Source: a virus (taxonomy: Duplodnaviria > Caudoviricetes). From it: 64,000 nucleotides of DNA. Below the pieces are notes generated by a model. The model saw only the letters and a list, made by a program, of their open reading frames with translations, was not told the origin of the DNA and searched no databases. Location of the stretch: positions 14,588-78,587 of IMG/VR virus record IMGVR_UViG_3300022824_000016. One strand, written 5' to 3'. A program made the translations under genes and the position numbers. Positions 57,680 to 64,000 of this stretch are shown here, piece after piece. Within the stretch, counting starts at the first letter, position 1. The number at the start of each line of letters is the position of its first letter.

Positions 57680-57976
57680 TCAAGAAACAGCTGCTTCCAG
57701 TTCAGCTTTTTCTTTTTCCAATTCAGCCCGGCGCTCTGCCGGCGTCTTGAGGCTCTGCAATTGTGCCTCAATCTGCTTGCGCCGCGCCTGCCGCTTATCA
57801 TCAACCTTCGACGCTATCTCGCGCCGCAACAGTTTGAGTTGGGTATCAACGAATTCGGGTTCGTCTACTTTCTGCGCCTCATACTCCGCACGCAGAATTC
57901 TGCCAAATGCAGCCAGAGCAACCATGTCGTCCACATTCAGACGATCTTTATTAAAGTTCTGAAAATCACTCAGCAC
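57680..57976 (-). CDS. Coiled-coil protein coupled to the TROVE-like gene
   Basis: 98-aa ORF overlapping the upstream stop. Confidence 0.7.
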   Translation of the reverse strand: MLSDFQNFNKDRLNVDDMVALAAFGRILRAEYEAQKVDEPEFVDTQLKLLRREIASKVDDKRQARRKQIEAQLQSLKTPAERRAELEKEKAELEAAVS

Positions 57977-59463
57977 GCTACTGCCTCCTTTCCTACGCTT
58001 TCAAAAACGTCCTTCAACTTCAACAGCTTTGTGGCCATCACTTCGTCGCACAATGAATACCGATTGGTCCTCATAGTGCTGACAAGATTTGGCAGGGAAT
58101 AAAAATCAACGCTTTCGTCAATATCGAAAACCTGCATGTCGATACCGGCAGATTGCATCAAATGGGTAAACGCGTACGATTTGTTTCCACAGTGATACAG
58201 ATATACCGTCGGCTCTTTCCCCGCAAAGGCCGCATATTGCGGATACACATGATGGAAGAACGGTGTCGAGTTCTCTCCACCGTCAGAGACAATGGCAATT
58301 CCGTCGATCTCTTCTTTGGTCTCCAGCATCCGCTGTAATCCACAACCGATCGAGGTTCCTCCATTGGCACAAATGTACTGTGTTGCCTTCTGGATCGCGT
58401 CCAGTGGCGCTCCGGACACGTCAATGGTCTGCGGCTGGGTATCGAAGAAGACCAGCCACACCCTGCCCTTCACCATTTTGGCCAGGGTTCCTGCAATCCG
58501 CCTGGCAATTTCGATGGCCCGCGCCATCGAACCGGACTTATCGCCCAGCACCAGCCAGTTGCCTTCCACACCCATACTCAGCAACTGACGATCCTGCAAA
58601 CCGCGCAGCTTTTCCTTCAAGCCTTCATCGTCGATGGCTTCAGCTGCACGTGTCGTCTTCAACACGTTTTTTTTGCTCGATGCGGCCTTCTTCAGTGCCT
58701 CTTCAAAAGCTCCGCGCAATGCCGGATTGGTCTTCACACCCAGCTTCTCCAGCATTTTGGTGTTGGTCACCACTTCGGTCGGTGACATTTGCTGAATTAG
58801 CGCCAATACCACATTCGGATCCTTCATCTTTTCGCCCAGCGCACCGTTGGCCACAATAAATGGAATTCTGCGACTGATAATCTCGCTGGCCGCTCCCACC
58901 GGACTCATATCTTTCAGGTGTGTTACCACCTCAAAAACCGATCCAGTTGGCAATGGTGCTCTGGTCTTGTCCAGATGACGCCCATAAAGTACAACATTGA
59001 TGCGATCCTTTTCCGGTCGCGCGTGTGCCAAAGAATACAATTCCTTCAACACCTTGTGATGCTGCAGGGCCAGCCGGTCCCAATGCCGGTCATTTTCCTT
59101 TTCGCGCAGCCATGTCCTCACCAAATGGCGAACGGTGCCCATTCTGCTGGCGTTTCCAAAGGCTTCACGACCGGCAAAGCGAAATGCGCGCAACAGCTCC
59201 CGCGGTCCCAGCAGCGCCAAATGCGCCAGAGAGTTTTCCCTTAATTCCGGTGGAAACGCAGGTTCGGCCAGCGTGATTACCGGCAATGCAACCTTTGCAT
59301 CGCGTATTTGTCCGTTGATCCTGTCCCATGCAATCAGATGTGCCAGAAACTCGGGTTCCTGTTTGGCCGCCGTCATTCCAACCGCCAGATAATCCACAAG
59401 CTTGCCGTGCGGCGACTTCGACAACTGAGAAAGAATGTTGTTCTTTGTCAACCCGGTTTCCAT
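57970..59463 (-). CDS. Ro60/TROVE-like helical domain plus vWA domain protein
   Basis: MIDAS GDKSGSM, GGTS and VSDGGEN; N-terminal EPEFLAHLIAWDR...IRD helical repeats. Confidence 0.65.
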   Translation of the reverse strand: METGLTKNNILSQLSKSPHGKLVDYLAVGMTAAKQEPEFLAHLIAWDRINGQIRDAKVALPVITLAEPAFPPELRENSLAHLALLGPRELLRAFRFAGREAFGNASRMGTVRHLVRTWLREKENDRHWDRLALQHHKVLKELYSLAHARPEKDRINVVLYGRHLDKTRAPLPTGSVFEVVTHLKDMSPVGAASEIISRRIPFIVANGALGEKMKDPNVVLALIQQMSPTEVVTNTKMLEKLGVKTNPALRGAFEEALKKAASSKKNVLKTTRAAEAIDDEGLKEKLRGLQDRQLLSMGVEGNWLVLGDKSGSMARAIEIARRIAGTLAKMVKGRVWLVFFDTQPQTIDVSGAPLDAIQKATQYICANGGTSIGCGLQRMLETKEEIDGIAIVSDGGENSTPFFHHVYPQYAAFAGKEPTVYLYHCGNKSYAFTHLMQSAGIDMQVFDIDESVDFYSLPNLVSTMRTNRYSLCDEVMATKLLKLKDVFESVGKEAVAC

Positions 59464-59473
59464 GCCATCCTCC

Positions 59474-60043
59474 TTATGAGATTTTTCTCGCTTTCAGATA
59501 GTTCATAAAAAACTCGTAATCAAGCTTTTTCAGAGTGCACCAATCATTGGGATCCATCGCACCTTTGTCTTTGTTGCAACGACGGCAGCAACTCAAATAA
59601 TTGGAGGTATCATTTTTTCCGCCAATCTCCAGAGGAATGAAGTGATCAATCGTTAACTGCACGTCGCCCATTTGTCGACCGCAGTAGATGCACTTTAGTC
59701 CATCCGCCATCCACACTTTTTGCTGAACAGCGCCAGAGATCTCATAACGCACTTTGCGATGAAACACCTTTTCAAGCGAATCCTGAACAAGAATCTCCGG
59801 CTGATCGGAACGTTGCAGCCAGTCAGTCCACTCTTCTGGTGTCAGGCGAAAGACGGGGGCCACGATATTCGGACCCGATCCAATCAACGGATCCATGAAA
59901 CCGACGTTCGGCAACAATAAAACCGCCTGCGCTTTTTCGCCGCCGATCACCAGACCTTCAATTTTGAGAAGAGAGCCAACATCGCCCCAAAGAGCTGGCC
60001 GATGGCGCAGATCCAACTGATAGAACCTATCTCCGCTGGCCAT
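59474..60043 (-). CDS. HNH endonuclease
   Basis: CIYCG...TIDHFIPLEIGGKN...N...CCRRCNKDKG. Confidence 0.88.
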   Translation of the reverse strand: MASGDRFYQLDLRHRPALWGDVGSLLKIEGLVIGGEKAQAVLLLPNVGFMDPLIGSGPNIVAPVFRLTPEEWTDWLQRSDQPEILVQDSLEKVFHRKVRYEISGAVQQKVWMADGLKCIYCGRQMGDVQLTIDHFIPLEIGGKNDTSNYLSCCRRCNKDKGAMDPNDWCTLKKLDYEFFMNYLKARKIS

Positions 60044-60156
60044 TTTCTACCCTCGGTTATTTTTATAGCTGAAAGTCGTTTTTTACGATTTGGAAGCTGC
60101 CCTGGGGCTTCCGAAGAAGCCCCAATAACTGCTCAGCGAAAATCAACCAAATATGA

Positions 60157-60267
60157 TGGAGGGCATCGGATTCGAACCGATTTAGAGCACCCCGAAAGGT
60201 ACTCTTTTAGCCATGTAGCCGATTCAGGTAGCCATTGCTGGCAAGTCAGAAACGGTTTCTGCCCCCC
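60157..60267 (-). ncRNA. tRNA-like RNA with an Ala-type acceptor (G3:U70, A73) and aberrant core
   Basis: GGGGGGC/GCCCTCC-A; T arm ATCGG TTCGAAT CCGAT; long variable-arm hairpin; no normal D or anticodon arm. Confidence 0.55.
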
Positions 60268-60340
60268 AAAACTCAAAAGGCAAAAGTCGGTTTGCGTTCT
60301 GTGCGTGAAAGGCATGTAAGCAAACCAGTATCGCCTAAAC

Positions 60341-60460
60341 TGGCTGGGGGAGACGGGAGTTGAACCCGCTTGGCAGTCTCCATAGGACTGTGCATGTATA
60401 CGCTCACAGTAGCTGACTGAGCAGCAAGTCGCATGCGTTTCACGTTTTGCTACTCCCCCA
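60341..60460 (-). ncRNA. tRNA-like RNA with an 8-bp acceptor stem, G73-CCA and expanded anticodon arm
   Basis: TGGGGGAG/CTCCCCCA; class II D-arm; variable arm CAGTC/GACTG; T arm GCGGG TTCAACT CCCGT. Confidence 0.6.
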
Positions 60461-60497
60461 AAACTATTCCCCGCAAGTCGTTCGGCAATCCCTTTCG

Positions 60498-60570
60498 GGA
60501 TCAGGGTTGGAATCGAACCAACTACCCTCAGATTACAAATCTGATGCTCTACCAAATGAGCTACATGTAA
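60498..60570 (-). tRNA. tRNA-Thr(UGU)-like with a broken acceptor stem
   Basis: Intact D, anticodon (TCAGA TTTGTAA TCTGA) and T arms; acceptor strands do not pair. Confidence 0.55.
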
Positions 60571-60649
60571 GCCGCACAGTAACGAGGAAACTCAAACGCA
60601 ACGCAATTCAATATACACCTTTTTGAAATGCTGCCACAAAATTATTTTT

Positions 60650-61021
60650 TTACTTTTTCGACCAGTCAAATTCGTTGGAAAACATATCGTTGCCGCTTTC
60701 ATATTCTATTTTAAAATTCATCTCTTCCAGAATCGGCGGTATGATCTGCAGCAGCCCTGGAAGCTTCGGACATTGCATTCCTTTCACCCGTCCAAAAGCT
60801 TTACACAACCACGGCCGCACCGGATAAATCACGCATTGAAAGTTCATCTGATCGAGAAAGGCACAATCCGCCAGACGGCGTTTTTGTGCCGTTAGGCGCA
60901 CGCGTTCCGCTTCAGGTAATGTCGCAATAAAAACGCGAATTTTTTCCAACCTTGCGCAGGAAAGCGGAACCGGTCCGCAACAGCGTGCCTTGCAGGAAGA
61001 ACAAGGAAAGGAATCGCTCAA
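60650..61021 (-). CDS. YkgJ-like CxxCxxCC protein
   Basis: CSSCKARCC...CAFLD...C.IY.VRPWLC. Confidence 0.8.
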   Translation of the reverse strand: MSDSFPCSSCKARCCGPVPLSCARLEKIRVFIATLPEAERVRLTAQKRRLADCAFLDQMNFQCVIYPVRPWLCKAFGRVKGMQCPKLPGLLQIIPPILEEMNFKIEYESGNDMFSNEFDWSKK

Positions 61022-61148
61022 GAAGACACCTCAGTCTTCTTCTTCTTCAACTTCCGCGTCTTCGTCCTCTTCAAAAAAATCACATTCACAATCGTCAGCA
61101 TTGCATTTGCTGTTGCCCGGATAACCCGGATCGCCGCCATGCTCATCT

Positions 61149-61412
61149 TCACTGTGGCCACACAGACAAATCAACATTTTTTCTTCTCCTTAGAGTTTCC
61201 TCTTTGATTTTTTTGCTTCTTGAAGGATCCGTCACTTCCGGAAAGCCACGCTCCAATACCTGATTCAGATTAATGCCATGGAGCGCAATGTAATGGCGAG
61301 GCACAAGCCAGGTACGAATCCCAAAAGTAACCCGGATATTTTCACCCAGTTCATCCACCAGCCTCTGCATCATCCAAGGTTTGCCACATGCGCACATCGT
61401 CTCTTCGATCAT
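61149..61412 (-). CDS. Hypothetical protein
   Basis: 87-aa ORF in the leftward run. Confidence 0.45.
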   Translation of the reverse strand: MIEETMCACGKPWMMQRLVDELGENIRVTFGIRTWLVPRHYIALHGINLNQVLERGFPEVTDPSRSKKIKEETLRRRKNVDLSVWPQ

Positions 61413-61812
61413 GCGCGCAAATATACTACAAAAAACAGCCTTGTGAAAGGAATTTTTCGGGGTAAATTCTTCTTAATTGAGCGTTGAAATTTTCGCAAAA
61501 GCAGCCTTTGTACGCATTTTTTGCCATTCCCGTTGAAACTCGACAAAAATCCTGTCTTCCACATTCTTTGGAAGCATCACGCCATGCTCCATAAATCCGA
61601 CGAAGTCTATTTCGTTCGACATGTCAAAGCAGTCAAGACATAACAAGGACATTTTGTTTTTCTGTGCTTTGGCCACGCTGCCAGCCGTAGGCCAGATCGT
61701 GGCACCACATTGCGAGCAAACAGTTTTTTCGGCATTCGGCATCGGCACAGAGCCGCAGATAAGAACAATCGATTTCTCTTCACACATCTTTTTCCCATCC
61801 TTTCTACTTCCA

Positions 61813-62325
61813 TTACAGCACGGGGGCCGGTTTCGGTATCCATTCAAGTCCAAACATCTTTTTCAATTTCGCCAGCACTATCTTCCGACGCCGACCAGGT
61901 TTTCCATTCGACGTAATATTGGTTACGTAAAAAAACACGGCATAAAGAAGTTGCGCCAAAGCCTGCGGAAAATCAGTCCATTGATGCGGCATCTGAAAAA
62001 GAATAAGCCCGGCAATGAAACCAAATACTATCTGCAATACAATTCGAAACACCGCCTGGAGCTGATCTATTCGCGAACATTCCCTTACAAAGTCTGGACG
62101 CCGATGCAATATCCACATAAAGTAACCCACACTACCAACACAAACAAATTTGAGAGTGACAATGACAGAATTCCAGACCGGAGAGGGTATATATAGTAGT
62201 AAATAGAGCAGGATCATACCCTGCTCCGCACGTTTCTGGCTGATCGAAAACCATTCTTCCAGCCAGAGTAACAACGTTTTTAGTCGGCAAAAAATCCACT
62301 GATCATAACGAATGATCCAATTCAT
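61813..62325 (-). CDS. Membrane protein
   Basis: About four hydrophobic segments. Confidence 0.55.
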   Translation of the reverse strand: MNWIIRYDQWIFCRLKTLLLWLEEWFSISQKRAEQGMILLYLLLYIPSPVWNSVIVTLKFVCVGSVGYFMWILHRRPDFVRECSRIDQLQAVFRIVLQIVFGFIAGLILFQMPHQWTDFPQALAQLLYAVFFYVTNITSNGKPGRRRKIVLAKLKKMFGLEWIPKPAPVL

Positions 62326-62348
62326 GGGCGCAATTATAACGCGGAAAA

Positions 62349-62425
62349 TGGCGACTGTCTTTGGAATCGAACCAGACTCTCCGGATTTTCAGTCCGGTAC
62401 TTTTACCCAGTTGGCCTGGCGCATC
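62349..62425 (-). tRNA. Degenerate tRNA-Phe(GAA)
   Basis: Anticodon arm CCGGA CTGAAAA TCCGG, T loop and CCA present; acceptor and D stems poorly paired. Confidence 0.5.
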
Positions 62426-62434
62426 CAAACGCCT

Positions 62435-62773
62435 CTATTTCCTCTTCAGCCGCTGAAACCACTGCGGAGGCCATTTGCTGTATTCAAAAGCTTGGCGAGT
62501 CCCCTCCCAGAGCCCCTGAAGGACCTCCTGATGCGTCTGCCAGTCATGATTGCTCGGCAACATTAAAAATTGCGATCCATCGCGGTCCCAGGAGTAGGTT
62601 TCATTCCCGGCGCATTCGTATTTATGCGGTGTGAGAGCACTGTCGTAATCTGTCAGCGTCTTCAACCATTGATTCTGTTTTCGCCGCACATTGCGGCGCG
62701 CGATTGTTTTGTCCCTGCTTGCGCTTCTGCATACACAGATGGCGGAGTACGGACGCCGTATCGATCTGCTCAT
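62435..62773 (-). CDS. Conserved phage hypothetical protein
   Basis: MSRSIRRP...DK..ARR.VR N-terminus. Confidence 0.55.
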   Translation of the reverse strand: MSRSIRRPYSAICVCRSASRDKTIARRNVRRKQNQWLKTLTDYDSALTPHKYECAGNETYSWDRDGSQFLMLPSNHDWQTHQEVLQGLWEGTRQAFEYSKWPPQWFQRLKRK

Positions 62774-62825
62774 GTTTTGGTGATCCTTTAGTCACTTACA
62801 ACACGGCAAACCTCCTTCCAGGTTT

Positions 62826-62902
62826 TGGTGGAGCAGGAGAGAATCGAACTCTCGACCTCTGGAGTGCAAAACCAGCGCTCATCCCAACTGAGCTACGGCC
62901 CC
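62826..62902 (-). tRNA. tRNA-Ala(UGC)
   Basis: Cloverleaf with G3:U70, A73 and CCA. Confidence 0.88.
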
Positions 62903-62966
62903 ACTTCATTTATCCGTTTCTAAATTCCGGAGTGCAGGGCCGGGTTCGAACCTGCACACAAATCTT

Positions 62967-63042
62967 TGGAGCTGACGACAGGGATTGAACCTGCGACCCT
63001 CCGATTACAAATCGGAAGCTCTACCAGCTGAGCTACGTCAGC
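62967..63042 (-). tRNA. tRNA-Thr(UGU)
   Basis: Fully paired cloverleaf with CCA. Confidence 0.95.
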
Positions 63043-63318
63043 CAAATTTTTCACTTACCAGTCAAATTTGTCACTTCTGGTAAATTTGAACGGTGGTTTA
63101 AGTGCTGCAAAGATCGCTTTCATCTGCTCCACCGATTGGTCCGATTTACCCATGATGCGCATTGTGACCTTGCCTTCACGCCTGGGATCATGCTTTGTAT
63201 CAAAGTTGCGGAGCATCTGCATGAACTCCCGCGCATAATCGTCAGGGGAGCTGATTTCCAGAAAAACTTTCATGCGCAGGATTTTACCATGGAGGGAGGA
63301 ATGGGAATTTTATTTTTT

Positions 63319-63394
63319 TGGCTGGGAAGGCGGGATTCGAACCCACAACCCCTGCGTCCAAAGCGCAGTGCTCTGCCGGTTGAGCTACTTCCCA
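63319..63394 (-). tRNA. tRNA-Gln(UUG)
   Basis: Cloverleaf with U1-A72, G73 and CCA. Confidence 0.95.
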
Positions 63395-63620
63395 ATCGTT
63401 TTTGTTTCAAACAACTCTGCGCATAGTTCCGTTTTTGCGTTGAACCCAATGCTGGATCTCTAAAATCGATTTTCCCATCATCCATTTAAAAATCGGCGCG
63501 GTGTGTTGAACCCAATTATTTTTGCCGACTTCAATACCAGCACAGGCATAGCCAACATCGATCTGCCACAATTGCATTTTCTGATCCATCGATGCCTCGC
63601 TTATCACGGATTGGAAAAGT

Positions 63621-63931
63621 ATTGCATCTACCCGATGCACTTTTGGTTCATTGTGCCGCAATAAAGAAGTAATTGCTGCCTGCTGTAAGAGTTGCATCTA
63701 TGCGATGCACTGTCCATTCATTATGTTGCAAAGTAAGAGCGGCGAACCAGCGCCATGTAGTTGTTGCATCTATGCGATGCACTTTATGTTCATTGTGCCT
63801 GGGATTTCCTAGCATCATCGTGTTGGGCCTTACAGCGTTGCATCTATGCGATGCACTGTATGTTCTGTGTACCGTTCAACGCTAATCTCACGCTCCTTGA
63901 CATCAAGGGTTGCATCTGTGCGATGCACTTT
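63621..63931 (-). CRISPR. Satellite array 3: 5 degenerate repeats, 4 spacers (33-37 nt)
   Basis: Repeats at 63621, 63691, 63763, 63837 and 63909 (last keeps only 23 nt of the repeat). Confidence 0.93.
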
Positions 63932-64000
63932 CAGTACAGAAAGAAAAGATATTTCATGTTGTCCTTCCTTTAAATCAAGCAGCCACATTTTTAACTTCAT

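Noticed and set aside
60157-60267. tmRNA
   Set aside because: Ala-type acceptor but only 111 nt; no room for pseudoknots or a tag ORF
62926-62960. Additional tRNA between Ala and Thr
   Set aside because: Only a T-loop and 3'-half remnant; no D or anticodon arm
63874-63908. Spacer reading FNANLTLLDIK, reminiscent of phage capsid N-termini
   Set aside because: Eleven residues are too few to assign without a database search

Overview
The window is an internal 64-kb stretch of a large temperate phage genome; the host looks Acidobacteriota-like, which is an impression only. From left to right: (1) leftward packaging genes (intein-split TerL, PAPS-reductase-like gene); (2) a low-complexity non-coding region at 7.7-8.8 kb where base skew and gene direction switch; (3) a rightward early region of small genes punctuated by two repeated DNA motifs; (4) a Y-RNA/tRNA-mimic locus; (5) a complete class 2 CRISPR-Cas locus: a 753-aa Cas12m (V-M/V-U1)-like effector with an extra N-terminal domain, type I-C-like cas4-cas1-cas2 and an 11-repeat array; (6) recombination genes, a P4-type integrase and an attP-like tRNA 3' end; (7) DNA methylases (one split over two frames, one with an intein hiding an out-of-frame HNH), a replication initiator and a primase-helicase; (8) a leftward arm with endolysin, peptide deformylase, SSB, a Ro60/TROVE-vWA-like gene, normal and aberrant tRNAs, and three further degenerate mini-arrays of the same CRISPR repeat (50.4, 52.6 and 63.6 kb). 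The most striking system is the phage-borne Cas12m-like effector served by one canonical array and three dispersed satellite arrays whose mutations spare the repeat hairpin. All family assignments come from motif recognition by eye; no database searches were run.
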